In this document: piece after piece, positions 1 to 9,472 of the stretch
Layout: each line of letters starts with the position of its first letter
How positions within the stretch are numbered: the stretch's first letter is position 1
NCBI GenBank assembly: GCA_965223265.1
Contig: OZ244999.1
Coordinates: forward strand, 224,001 to 288,000
Direction: 5' to 3'
DNA length: 64,000 nucleotides
Origin: Planctomycetota bacterium
GTDB lineage: Bacteria > Planctomycetota > UBA8108 > SXIK01
Notes under the pieces: model-generated
What the model was told of the DNA's origin: nothing
Database searches by the model: none
What the model saw: the letters and a program-made list of their open reading frames with translations, nothing else
Program-made: the position numbers and the translations under genes

Positions 1-707
1 ATCCGACGAACACGCAGATTTATCACATGAGCGCCTATCCATATGAGAGCCTCTACATCGGGACGCTCATGATCTACCGCACAGCGGAGCTGCCCACGTC
101 GGAGGTGCAGCTGGCGACGAGTCGCGACCTCCGCAAATGGGAGCGTGTGCGACCGCGCCAACCGTTCATTCCGTCTCTCTTGCCGGAGGGGCGAAAGCTG
201 GGCATCTGGGACGCCGGTGGTGTCCAGCCAGTATTGAGTCCGCCGATCCTCTACGACGGGGCGCTCTGGTTCTACTACTACGGGGGCCCGGCTTTTCACG
301 ATTCGAGATTCCTACGCGGTCAGTTTCGTCTCGGTGTCGCGCAGCTGCGTCCGGATGGGTTCGCGTCGCTCCGCGCCCACGCGCGCCGAGGTGTCGTGAC
401 GACCAAGGCGTTTGTTTGGCCGGGTGGAAAGCTGATCGTCAACGGACAGGTCCTCGGTGGAAGCGGCCATCGTGAAGCGTGGGTCAAGCTGGCGATTCTC
501 GACGCGTCCGGTCGGCCTCGCGCTGGGTTCGAGTTCGAGTCAAGCGACCCGCTCACCGGTGATTTTGTTGCAGGCGTGCCGACGTGGTCAAAGGCGCCTC
601 AGGATCTCAAGAGTCTTCAGGGCCAGACCGTGCGACTCCGCTTCTTCTTGCGCCAGGCGGAGATCTTCTCTTTTCGTGCCGCGCCCGACGACGACGGTGC
701 ACCCTAG
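1..707 (+). CDS. 5'-truncated glycoside hydrolase-like (GH32/five-bladed beta-propeller-like) protein, C-terminal part
   Basis: Frame is open from the window edge through ATG 27. Motifs 'VQLATSRDLRKWER', 'LWFYYYG' and 'GVAQLRPDGFASL', plus the C-terminal 'GQTVRLRFFLRQAEIFSF', are typical of planctomycete GH32-like propellers. Confidence 0.6.
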   Translation, partial: PTNTQIYHMSAYPYESLYIGTLMIYRTAELPTSEVQLATSRDLRKWERVRPRQPFIPSLLPEGRKLGIWDAGGVQPVLSPPILYDGALWFYYYGGPAFHDSRFLRGQFRLGVAQLRPDGFASLRAHARRGVVTTKAFVWPGGKLIVNGQVLGGSGHREAWVKLAILDASGRPRAGFEFESSDPLTGDFVAGVPTWSKAPQDLKSLQGQTVRLRFFLRQAEIFSFRAAPDDDGAP

Positions 708-844
708 CTGGAATCGAATCTGTGATTTCGCTATCCAAGGCGAAGATCTGAGCCCGGTGGGCCGAAGTAGTGATACCGGTTCGGGGCCGCTGCGGTGCTC
801 TCAGGATCGGGATCGACGTCACAATAGGGCGAAAGCGAGCGACG

Positions 845-1654
845 ATGGTACTTCGGCGCCGACGGCTGAACAGGATCAAACGGTTCTTTAAGTCCGATAA
901 GGAGCTGCGCCGGCAGTTCAGTCGCTACAAATGGGTGACGAAATTCGAGATCGACGGCTGTGAGTACGGCGGCTGGTACGATGCCGCGGCGGATCGTCGC
1001 CTCCGGCAGTTCGCCGAACGCTTTCCCGACTCACGCAGGATTCTTGAACTCGGCAGCCTGGAAGGGGGGCACACGCTTGGCCTGTCGCGTCTCCCCGACG
1101 TCACTCAGGTCCTCGGGCTCGAGGGACGCGATTACAACGTCGAGAAAGCAAACTTCATCAAGACGTTGACCCAATCAAACAACGTCGAGTTCCGTCAGTG
1201 CGACCTCGAGGATGCTGACTTCTCGGATCTCGGAGCGTTCGACGCAGTTTTTTCCGTTGGACTCCTTTATCATCTTCGAGAGCCTTGGCGTCATCTGGAC
1301 GCACTCGCGAGAGTCTCCAGAAATCTGTTTCTCTGGACGCACTACGCGGATGAAGCGAAGGCGCGCGAGACCGTCAATGGGTTCAAAGGCTGGCGATTCC
1401 AGGAGCGTGGTTACGATGACCCTTTGAGTGGCCTCTCTGCGTACTCCTTTTGGCCCACCCTGGATAGTCTCAAGTCGATGATCACCACCGCCGGATTTCC
1501 GCGCATCGAGGTCATCGAGACCAACCCGAAGCATCCTCACGGCTGCTGCGTCACGTTGACCGCTCGCCGGGGTTTGCCGGAGCACGCCGCGAGTGCGTCG
1601 TCTACGCTGGAAAGCAGTTCCCGAACGCCACGAGCAGACGTGGCGACCCCTTGA
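845..1654 (+). CDS. Class I SAM-dependent methyltransferase (CmoB/DUF1698-like)
   Basis: Motif I 'ILELGSLEGG', acidic 'GLEGR', 'FDAVFSVGLLYHL'. ATG 845 chosen over GTG 770. Confidence 0.8.
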   Translation: MVLRRRRLNRIKRFFKSDKELRRQFSRYKWVTKFEIDGCEYGGWYDAAADRRLRQFAERFPDSRRILELGSLEGGHTLGLSRLPDVTQVLGLEGRDYNVEKANFIKTLTQSNNVEFRQCDLEDADFSDLGAFDAVFSVGLLYHLREPWRHLDALARVSRNLFLWTHYADEAKARETVNGFKGWRFQERGYDDPLSGLSAYSFWPTLDSLKSMITTAGFPRIEVIETNPKHPHGCCVTLTARRGLPEHAASASSTLESSSRTPRADVATP

Positions 1655-2942
1655 GTCGAATCCTGCGGCGTAGGAGAGCCCAGACGAGGCTGCGCTCACG
1701 CGCAAGAAAGCCGAGCCAAGTCATACTGTCGGCTTGGACGCGGAGATCAGGCGTACCGACGTGATCGGTCATGACGCGAAGCTTTCCATCGCGAATCTCG
1801 ATCGTCGCTCGTCTCTCTTCTGCGCCCGTGAACGTGAAATGATACGTGACGTTGAGACCCTCGGAGCGACCGGGCTGAAAGACGAGAGGGAGCCCGTCGA
1901 GGAATCCGGCGATCGTGCGCGGCCGTAGCGAGTTGGAGACTCGCTTCACTTCCTTGTGCGGAAATCGCTTCGCAACATGCGCTTCGGCGTCCGATCCGGG
2001 GAGTACGTAGACAGTCTCCTCGCGCGCTTGCAGAGGGCGGACAGTTTCGCTGCGGTGTTCTTTCTTGTCGTTGAGGTAGGGCTCGATGACATCCTCCCCA
2101 GCAGGGCAAACTGCGAGGCAATACGCGGCCTTGTAGTTCGCGCCAAAGGAGAGACTCTGCCACATGGAGGCGGATTCGTTGTCGGGCACGCGCCGGCGGT
2201 AGTCGCTGGCGTTTTTGCTTGTGACGGTCTGTTCGACCCAATCTGTGAAGCCGCCCATGAATTCGCGGTAGTTGTGGGTGTAGCAGGCGGAGAAGTTGAA
2301 GTATCCGTCGGGACTGATCGCGCCTACCGGGCAGGCGGCGACGCAGAGCTTGCACTCCAGGCACGGGTTGTAGTCGATCGGACGATCCTCGGATTCCACC
2401 TCAGTTTCGACCAAGATCGTCCCGAGGAGGACGAAGTTGCCGTAGCGCGGATGGATGAGATTACGATGGATTCCGATTTGACCGAGCCCAGCGGCGACTG
2501 CGACGGGCTTGTGGGAGACGACCCAGATTTTGTCGGGGAAGTGATGCATCTCCATCGGGAACCCCATTGACGGATTGATGGCGCGGATGCCTGCGGCTTC
2601 GAGCTTCGCAACGATGCGTCTGCCGACTTCGTTGACTTCGTCGCCGCTGTGGTGGAACTCGAGGTTAGCGATCGATCGTGCGGGAGACCGAATCGGTTGC
2701 CGGTTCATACGGCAGGCGAAACTGATGAGCGCTTTGGTCTGCGGCGCGTAGCGGAGGATGTCACCGCGCTGATCGTCGATTTCACTGCGGTCGATGCCGA
2801 CGACTCCGGCATCGTCGGCGCCGGCCTCGAGCGCGAGTCGTCGGAGCCAATCCGCGTTGAGGGGCGTGGACGCCGTGGGGGGCGATTCTGAGCGTTCGCG
2901 TGCCCGGACTCGCTGTACTGTTGGATGCTCTTCGAGGTTCAT
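1602..2942 (-). CDS. QueG/reductive dehalogenase-like 4Fe-4S protein with C-terminal SCP2 sterol-carrier domain
   Basis: 'SHKPVAVAAGLGQIG', 'HPRYGNFVLLGTIL', CxxCxxCxxxCP (CLECKLCVAACP), 'YCLAVCPAG'. The C-terminal 'TYHFTFTG...PDLRVQADS...RIRLKGS' is SCP2-like. Confidence 0.8.
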   Translation of the reverse strand: MNLEEHPTVQRVRARERSESPPTASTPLNADWLRRLALEAGADDAGVVGIDRSEIDDQRGDILRYAPQTKALISFACRMNRQPIRSPARSIANLEFHHSGDEVNEVGRRIVAKLEAAGIRAINPSMGFPMEMHHFPDKIWVVSHKPVAVAAGLGQIGIHRNLIHPRYGNFVLLGTILVETEVESEDRPIDYNPCLECKLCVAACPVGAISPDGYFNFSACYTHNYREFMGGFTDWVEQTVTSKNASDYRRRVPDNESASMWQSLSFGANYKAAYCLAVCPAGEDVIEPYLNDKKEHRSETVRPLQAREETVYVLPGSDAEAHVAKRFPHKEVKRVSNSLRPRTIAGFLDGLPLVFQPGRSEGLNVTYHFTFTGAEERRATIEIRDGKLRVMTDHVGTPDLRVQADSMTWLGFLARERSLVWALLRRRIRLKGSPRLLVAFGNCFPA

Positions 2943-2999
2943 GACGATCTCGCAATAGATGGTTGAACCGATGCGAAATGGCGCAGTTCAAACGGTGAT

Positions 3000-3464
3000 C
3001 TATGGGTTCGGCTTTCGTAGCTTGTCGGCGGACCGGTTCAGGTGTTTGACAGTTGAGGCGCCAAGTAATGCGTGGATTTGTGCCTGCGCCTGAGTCCATG
3101 CTGGCAGAGCCTTCTTCAGCAGGTGCGCACCCTCGGCGGTGAGTTGAAATGGCTGCGCCCGGCCGTCGCTGTCCGGAACCACGGTCAGCCAGCCACGCGC
3201 TTTCATGCGTTCAACGTTGCGACTGAGAGTTGATAGGTCCAGGTGTAGTCTGGTGGCGACGTCGGCGGGGCGCGCGGTCCGAAGCTTGGCCGCGGCAACG
3301 AGAATGTTGAGCTGGCTCGCTTTCAGGCCCAAGGGGCGAAACGCGTCGTCGTAGATACCCGTCACCACACGATTGAGCATGCGCATGCGGAGCGCGACGC
3401 AGTTTGAGGCGATGGTGTCTGCGATCGAAGCGACGTCAGCTCGCACGGCATTTCTGTTGGTCAT
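3000..3464 (-). CDS. MarR family transcriptional regulator
   Basis: 'GLKASQLNIL', wHTH 'LHLDLSTLSRNVERMKARGW', 'DGR...LTAEG'. Confidence 0.9.
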   Translation of the reverse strand: MTNRNAVRADVASIADTIASNCVALRMRMLNRVVTGIYDDAFRPLGLKASQLNILVAAAKLRTARPADVATRLHLDLSTLSRNVERMKARGWLTVVPDSDGRAQPFQLTAEGAHLLKKALPAWTQAQAQIHALLGASTVKHLNRSADKLRKPNP

Positions 3465-3570
3465 TTCTCGTCCCGTTCGTTCCCGTCGCGACTCAGCGCT
3501 ACCCGTCGATCTTTTGGCGCATGGTTTCGATTCCGGTCTGTATGCGCCATTCAGCTTCGAGCGTCATATG

Positions 3571-3599
3571 ATTGTATATACATATAAACGGCTCGTCAA
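3571..3599 (-). promoter_or_regulatory. Sigma-70-type promoter of marR overlapped by a palindromic operator
   Basis: Minus strand reads TTGACG-N17-TACAAT. The perfect palindrome TGTATATACA (3573-3582) overlaps the -10 and spacer. Confidence 0.7.
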
Positions 3600-3772
3600 C
3601 CGTGAATTCAGCATCCGGAAGCGGTTGGGGGAGAGCTTCCGGTGTGTCACTGCCGGGCTGCTAGCACGAAAACGGCCGAGACATCGAGAAACGCGCCGCA
3701 ATCCGATGCAGAATGCCGTCGGAGTTATGCGGGCGCGGTTGTGCGCCGCTAAGGTTTTTAAGGGAGAATCTG

Positions 3773-5863
3773 ATGGAGACTCGGAGTGAGACCGTCGCGA
3801 CCGAGACCGCGCCTGAACTTCCGGCCCGAAGGCGGCGAGAGGTCTTCCGCTGGCTGTGGCACTGGTTTCTAGAATTTCCGCTTCTCTTTGCCGCGCTCGT
3901 ACTGCTCCTCTTGCCGCTGTGGGGTGCGTTTCGATCGGTCGGTGCACCGCTGCTCTTTTGGCATGACTCCCTGTGGACGCAGCTTCAAGCCGGGATCGGT
4001 GTGGCGCTGTTTGCGAGCCAGCTCACGATCGTGGGATACCTTCTCGAGTCGCATGACGAGAAGTGGCGGCAGCGCCACCCGGATTCGAAGAGGACACGGC
4101 GCTGCATCTACGTGCCGCTCATCTGTCTGCTGCTGATGCCATACCTCGCACCCGCAAACTGGAGCAAGTTTGGATACCCTCTCGGCGTGGCGGTCGGAAC
4201 CGCGTTGATTGTCATCATCGGTCGTTGTGTCGACCGCCTCGCCGATAGTCGCGTGGGAGGATTTCTACGCCCACCGCTGGAGGAGCGACCTTCTTGGCTT
4301 CCTTCGCAAAGGAGTGTCGGATTGGATCACGCCGCTTCGCATCGGCGGCAAACGCTGTACGTCGCAGCGTTTTTCCTCGGCTATCTGCTTCTGAGTGGTG
4401 CGATCTGGCTGTGGCCAGATGTCAACGTCGCGGCTGCGACTTCGGTTTGTATTCTATTGTCGATCGTCGTCGCCGCGTACGGGTTTGTGCGCTATCGCTG
4501 GCCGCGAAGGACGATCCTCGCTTACACGGCGGCGTTTGTCGCCTTTGGTGCTATCTACAGCTTCTATTTCGCATTCCTTCATCGTATTCCCGAGCTTGCC
4601 CATCTCTACTCGCAACCGGCAGCACTGGCGGCCTACGACAGTGGCAGTGGCCACCCGGAACTTCTCGATGACGAGACTGTGTTTGCCGCGTGGCATGATC
4701 ACGTTCACTCACAGCGAAAGCCTCTGCTCGCAGTGGTGGCGACAAGTGGCGGGGGCATTCGTGCGGCAGCGTGGACAGCTGCGACGCTCGATCACCTCGA
4801 AGGTGAGTTGGCGGCCAAGGAGTGGTATGAAGGACCGGGCTTTCCGTACCATATTCGGTTGGTGACGGGAGCCTCTGGTGGGATGGTTGGCGCCGCATTC
4901 TATGTCGCCAGTCTGACGCCGCCGAGTCGCGCCGCTAGTGGCGACTATCACGGTGGCATCGATGTATTCGAGATCGTATCTGCCGACAGCCTCAGTCGCC
5001 TTTTGACGCACGCGGTCAGTCTTTTCAGCGATCGCGGCTCGGGCCTGCAGCACTCATGGGAGGCTCGGGCCGGTGGGGTCATCGCCACGCCTTTTCGTGC
5101 CTTGGCGACGAAGGAACGCGCGGGTTGGCTGCCTTCGCTCGTCTACACACCAGCGATGGTCGAAGATGGGCGCCGCCTCTTTTGCTCAAACCTTGACCTC
5201 GGGATGCTGACGCGAACCGACAGTAGGGCGCTCGCGAGCGGAGAGCCTGAGACCCACGCACTGACTGGTATTGAGCTTTTCAAAGTCTTTGAGGGTGCAG
5301 ATGGAGTCAAACTGAGTACTGTTGCCCGGATGAGCGCGTCGTTTCCATACGTCAGTCCTGCCGTGCAGCTTCCGACCGAGCCACCGCGACGTGCCGTCGA
5401 TGCTGGGTACTACGATACGTTTGGCGTCAACGTTGCAGCGCGGTGGATCCAAAAGAACGCCACGTGGCTACGGCAAAACGTCGGTGGAGTCGTCTTGATC
5501 CAAATCCGCGACGCGACGGGACAGCGGCGTGACGTAGCGACCAAAAAAGGCTTCTTGGCGCGCGCCTATTCCGCGATCATCGCTCCAGTGGAGGGCGCCC
5601 TCGAAGCGAGGACTGCCACCGCTGGTTTTCGCAACGACGAGCAAGTCGGCCGACTACGTGTCGAATTCTCCGGCACTGGTCACGCGAACTTCCCGTTTTT
5701 TACGACAGTCGTGTTCGAGTTTCGCGAGCAGGCTTCACTCAGTTGGTATCTCAGTGGCGCAGAAAAGAATCGGCTCAAAGACGACATCGAGACAGCGCCA
5801 ACAAATCAAGCTGCGGCCGCGTGGCTGCTCAAGTGGTGGCGCGGGCGGACAGAGACCCAGTAG
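3773..5863 (+). CDS. Multi-pass membrane protein with C-terminal patatin-like phospholipase domain
   Basis: Several N-terminal TM helices; 'ATSGGGIRAA' oxyanion loop, 'GASGG' nucleophile, 'SASFPYVSP', 'VDAGYYD'. GGAG RBS precedes ATG 3773. Confidence 0.8.
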   Translation: METRSETVATETAPELPARRRREVFRWLWHWFLEFPLLFAALVLLLLPLWGAFRSVGAPLLFWHDSLWTQLQAGIGVALFASQLTIVGYLLESHDEKWRQRHPDSKRTRRCIYVPLICLLLMPYLAPANWSKFGYPLGVAVGTALIVIIGRCVDRLADSRVGGFLRPPLEERPSWLPSQRSVGLDHAASHRRQTLYVAAFFLGYLLLSGAIWLWPDVNVAAATSVCILLSIVVAAYGFVRYRWPRRTILAYTAAFVAFGAIYSFYFAFLHRIPELAHLYSQPAALAAYDSGSGHPELLDDETVFAAWHDHVHSQRKPLLAVVATSGGGIRAAAWTAATLDHLEGELAAKEWYEGPGFPYHIRLVTGASGGMVGAAFYVASLTPPSRAASGDYHGGIDVFEIVSADSLSRLLTHAVSLFSDRGSGLQHSWEARAGGVIATPFRALATKERAGWLPSLVYTPAMVEDGRRLFCSNLDLGMLTRTDSRALASGEPETHALTGIELFKVFEGADGVKLSTVARMSASFPYVSPAVQLPTEPPRRAVDAGYYDTFGVNVAARWIQKNATWLRQNVGGVVLIQIRDATGQRRDVATKKGFLARAYSAIIAPVEGALEARTATAGFRNDEQVGRLRVEFSGTGHANFPFFTTVVFEFREQASLSWYLSGAEKNRLKDDIETAPTNQAAAAWLLKWWRGRTETQ

Positions 5864-5994
5864 GGAATTGACGCCACGTCCTAGCTCGCCGCGAGACTGC
5901 AGTCGTCGCGCGTGTGACAAGACGTGAGACCGAGCGCGGACCGCCGCTTCGGCGAGGCGATGAGGTGCCAACGACCGTGCGTTAACGAAACGTC

Positions 5995-8922
5995 ATGAAA
6001 AAACTGCGCGACTCCATCAGCTCAACCGCGAATCGCCTGGCTTGGCTCTGTCCGCTCGTCGTCATCGTCACGACTGTAACGTCTGTGGGCGCTGAGGAGT
6101 CGGCGAGTGACCCCGACGACGCCATTCGCCGCCGCATCGGCTGGGGTTGGGAGGACCGGCCCCACGGCCAGTCGCTCGCCAGTGAAGTTCTTGGCCAGTG
6201 GGCGAACGGGGATCCGGAGCGTTCGAATTTCGGTGGCTACGGCCCCTACGGCGGCGCCAAAGCGCACGGCTTTTTTTTCTACGGCTTCAACTCCGGTCGC
6301 TACCAAACCGTCGGAGGACTCGCGGCGCACATCGGCCGCCAGCTTTTGGCTGTACCTGACTACTGGAATCACCGTGTTCTTCTCTTCGAACTCCGCGCCG
6401 ACGGCTCCTTGGCGTCGCGGCGCGCCACACGAGTTCTCGGTCAAAAGCGCTTCGACACCATGGACATCGCTCAAGGGGCGAGCGGATTTCAGTTCCCTGC
6501 GGCGTGCGCGTTCGACCCTGCGGGCGAGCGACTCTTCGTCGTGGACGAGTACAACCATCGAGTTCTAGAGTTTCATCTTCATGACCCGATCGACTCCAAG
6601 TCGTCCCGCGCGGTGCGCGTGTTCGGCCAATCAGATTTCGATGCCTGGGGATATGATGCATCGCCGGGGGGGCTGGTTTGGGATTCAACGCGCGACGACG
6701 TGCGCGGTGTGCCGCTGACCCGCAGGCCGAACGCTCGTGGGTTGTTCTTGCCGCGTGGTGTCGCGTGTGACGGCGACCGACTCTTCGTCTCGGACGGCGA
6801 CAACCACCGTGTGCTCGTCTTTCATACGGACGAGCTGCAGAACGGGCCGGCGGCAACGTCGGTCCTCGGTCAGTCCGATTTCGTCAGCTACCTCCCCAAT
6901 CGCGGCGGTGTGGTGGGGCTTGAGACCATGCTGTTTCCGTCCGGCTTGAGCATCGACGCCGGGCATCGGTTTCTTCTCGTCGCTGACTCGATGAATCATC
7001 GTCTACTTGTTTTCGAAATCTCCGGTGAGATCTGGCGAGGTATGCCGGCGATCGTCGCCTTGCAGCTTCCGACCAGCGCCGAAGGACCACCCCCTTCTCA
7101 GCCCGAACGCCGCAAGATCACTGGGCTCGTCGATGTTACCGTCGACGCGGCGAACCGCGTTTTCGTCTCCGACCGCCCGGGTCGTAGGGTTCTCGTCTAC
7201 TCGCTCGATGAGATTCTGACCGGGAGGGCTGAGCCAAAGGCTGCGCTCGGCCGATTCGAGATGTCGACAGACCTCGAGCAATCGAAGCCGGGGTATGTCG
7301 GGCCGACGGGCCTCGCGGTCGCCGGCGACCACCTCTACGTTGCGGAGCCGCGCGGCAATCGCGTGCTCGCTTTTAGAGCGCAAGCGCCGCTGGCTCGTGC
7401 CATTGATCTACTTGGTCAGTTTCACGGCGGTGACATTCTTCGTCCCGACTGGAACAAGTACGGCCCAAACGATGGGCCGGGCCCTTACGGGTTTGACTAC
7501 GCCGACGGCACGCCCTCCGTGTCGGTCAGTGCCGACGGCGCTTGGCTGCTGGCTGCTGATACCATTGGTGGTCGCCTGCTGTTTTTTCCGCTACACGCAG
7601 ATGGTTTGCCGCTCGGTCGGGGAGCGCGTTTGACGCTCGGTGTTCCGACGCTCACCGCGCGCGGCAACAATTACGGCGCGGCACGTTTCAACCGCCCAAG
7701 CCACAGCGTCATGACAGCGTCGGGACAGCTGTTCGTCTCCGATTTTCAAGGTTCGCGTTTACTTCATTTTCAGCTCTCGAATGTTGCCGCGACGACTGGG
7801 GCTCGTGCGCTCGAATCACTACCAGCGTTCGATCCGCCGAAGAATCGACCGCCTAAACATCGTGAGGAGTTCGAGTCGAGCAGTGTCCGCAGTGGCCGCA
7901 ACGCGCTCCATGTCCTGGGGCAGAAAGATTTTCAGACCGGGCTGCGTGGTGTCGCGACGAGACGGCAGATGGGGAAAGAGATCAGCGGTCTTGCTATGGA
8001 CCGCGATCGCGGCTGGCTTGTCATCACCGAAAAATTGAACCACCGCGTCCTCATCGTCGATGTCAGCGACGGCGTTGAGACTTTCATGCCCGCGATGTTC
8101 GTCCTCGGTCAACCCGACTTCGACAGCAACGCGCCGCACTGGGGGAGTGGTCAGTGGCATCCCAGAGGCCTGGCCGAGCCTCATGGTGCTGCATACGACC
8201 GCCGCAGCCGGCTCCTGTTTGTGACCAGCGGCGAAGACGCTCAGACGCGTGAGATTCTTGGCTTTGATCTCGCCGGGCGCATCGCCAACGGTATGGAGCC
8301 CTGCATTCGGATTGGTGGGCCGCATGCGACGGTCAAGACGAAACTGCGTTATGTGCGCCGCACTCTGGCGCTCGATGAAAAGCGGCAGCGTCTGTGGTCA
8401 GGGCTTGTCGCGCTTGACGTCTCCGGCGACCTACGAGCGAAGAAGCGTCTGCCAGTTGTCGGTTGGTTCGGGCTTGGCGACCACCCGGAGGTCCACGCGC
8501 TGCAGGACTACAACACGCGCGGGATTCCGAATTTGCTCGGCTACTCCGTCGGTTTCTGTCATCGCTTTGGCGGTGCCGTGAACGCGACGGCTGTGCATCC
8601 GGAGACCGGAACTCTCTACGCCGCGGACACGCCACGCTATCGCATTCTCTGCTTTCAACCGCGGTTTCGTTTTCGCCAGCGGCCGATCCAAATTGTGCGC
8701 GGACACCGCGTAGTCGACTTCGTCGGCACGGGTGGGCTGGCGCCGCTGCGTTTTTCGCTCGTCGCGGGGGCGCTACCGAAGGGGCTTGAGCTTGACGAGC
8801 TCACGGGGTTGATTCACGGTGTCGCAGTCGAGGGGCGCGGTGAAGTCGAACTGACCGTGGAGGCGGTGACGGCGCTCGAGGTCGTACGCGGGGAGGTCCG
8901 CCTCACGTTTCGGCCCGACTGA
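5995..8922 (+). CDS. Secreted NHL-repeat beta-propeller protein with C-terminal putative Ig (He_PIG-like) domain
   Basis: Signal peptide; repeated 'LxVxDxxNHRVL' and 'V(L/F)GQxDF' units; C-terminal 'GGLAPLRFSLVAGALPKGLELDELTGLIHG'. Confidence 0.8.
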   Translation: MKKLRDSISSTANRLAWLCPLVVIVTTVTSVGAEESASDPDDAIRRRIGWGWEDRPHGQSLASEVLGQWANGDPERSNFGGYGPYGGAKAHGFFFYGFNSGRYQTVGGLAAHIGRQLLAVPDYWNHRVLLFELRADGSLASRRATRVLGQKRFDTMDIAQGASGFQFPAACAFDPAGERLFVVDEYNHRVLEFHLHDPIDSKSSRAVRVFGQSDFDAWGYDASPGGLVWDSTRDDVRGVPLTRRPNARGLFLPRGVACDGDRLFVSDGDNHRVLVFHTDELQNGPAATSVLGQSDFVSYLPNRGGVVGLETMLFPSGLSIDAGHRFLLVADSMNHRLLVFEISGEIWRGMPAIVALQLPTSAEGPPPSQPERRKITGLVDVTVDAANRVFVSDRPGRRVLVYSLDEILTGRAEPKAALGRFEMSTDLEQSKPGYVGPTGLAVAGDHLYVAEPRGNRVLAFRAQAPLARAIDLLGQFHGGDILRPDWNKYGPNDGPGPYGFDYADGTPSVSVSADGAWLLAADTIGGRLLFFPLHADGLPLGRGARLTLGVPTLTARGNNYGAARFNRPSHSVMTASGQLFVSDFQGSRLLHFQLSNVAATTGARALESLPAFDPPKNRPPKHREEFESSSVRSGRNALHVLGQKDFQTGLRGVATRRQMGKEISGLAMDRDRGWLVITEKLNHRVLIVDVSDGVETFMPAMFVLGQPDFDSNAPHWGSGQWHPRGLAEPHGAAYDRRSRLLFVTSGEDAQTREILGFDLAGRIANGMEPCIRIGGPHATVKTKLRYVRRTLALDEKRQRLWSGLVALDVSGDLRAKKRLPVVGWFGLGDHPEVHALQDYNTRGIPNLLGYSVGFCHRFGGAVNATAVHPETGTLYAADTPRYRILCFQPRFRFRQRPIQIVRGHRVVDFVGTGGLAPLRFSLVAGALPKGLELDELTGLIHGVAVEGRGEVELTVEAVTALEVVRGEVRLTFRPD

Positions 8923-9273
8923 CGCCCGCCGTGACTTGCTCAGAACATCTGCTCACTGTTTCTGCCTCGTCGTCGCACGATCGCCCGGTTCGGTCAATGT
9001 TCGTAATTGATGGGCGTGTTCGACTTGGGTTAGCATAGGTCCCTGGGCCGGACCTCCGGCTTTCTTCGGTGGGTTAGGGACGACGCTCGTGCAACTGTGT
9101 TGACGAGATTCAAGGGGAAGAGTTGGGTTTCACGTTGTGTCCGGGCAGGTTCGCAGAACGTGTCGTGGCGGCATTGTCGCGTCTGCGTTGCGTTCCTTTT
9201 GAGGGAGGCGGGTCGTTCGAGCGGCTCACCGTGTTGTTGTCGTGTGTGGGCGAGACTTCAAGAACTCGGTTAG

Positions 9274-9432
9274 CAGCCTGTTGAAAAAGTGCTTCGAGTC
9301 GAAAACTGGTCGCTTCGCGTCCAGATCGGCCGCGGCGAACGTAGGTAATCTCCGAGATTATCGAGGCTCGCCGCGGTCGATCTGGGCGTGAAGAGGCCAG
9401 TTTCTCGGCCGAATGACTTTTTCAACGAGCTG
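9274..9432. mobile_element. MITE-like fold-back element (159 bp)
   Basis: Terminal inverted repeats CAGCCTGTTGAAAAAGT / ACTTTTTCAACGAGCTG (15/17 match), flanked by a direct TTAG at 9270-9273 and 9433-9436. The interior is also self-complementary. No ORF. Confidence 0.75.
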
Positions 9433-9472
9433 TTAGGGTGCGTGCCACACGCTTGAGCGAAAGGGGGAAACT

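Noticed and set aside
1602-1654. 53-bp 3' overlap of convergent methyltransferase and QueG-like genes as antisense regulation
   Set aside because: The methyltransferase tail is low-complexity, and loss of an earlier stop codon explains the overlap more simply.
2118-2135. Selenocysteine replacing the missing Cys in the QueG-like protein
   Set aside because: The codons are GCC/GCG (Ala) with no in-frame TGA.
8923-9269. Riboswitch or small gene in the long intergenic region before the MITE
   Set aside because: GT-rich, but no recognisable riboswitch core and no credible ORF.
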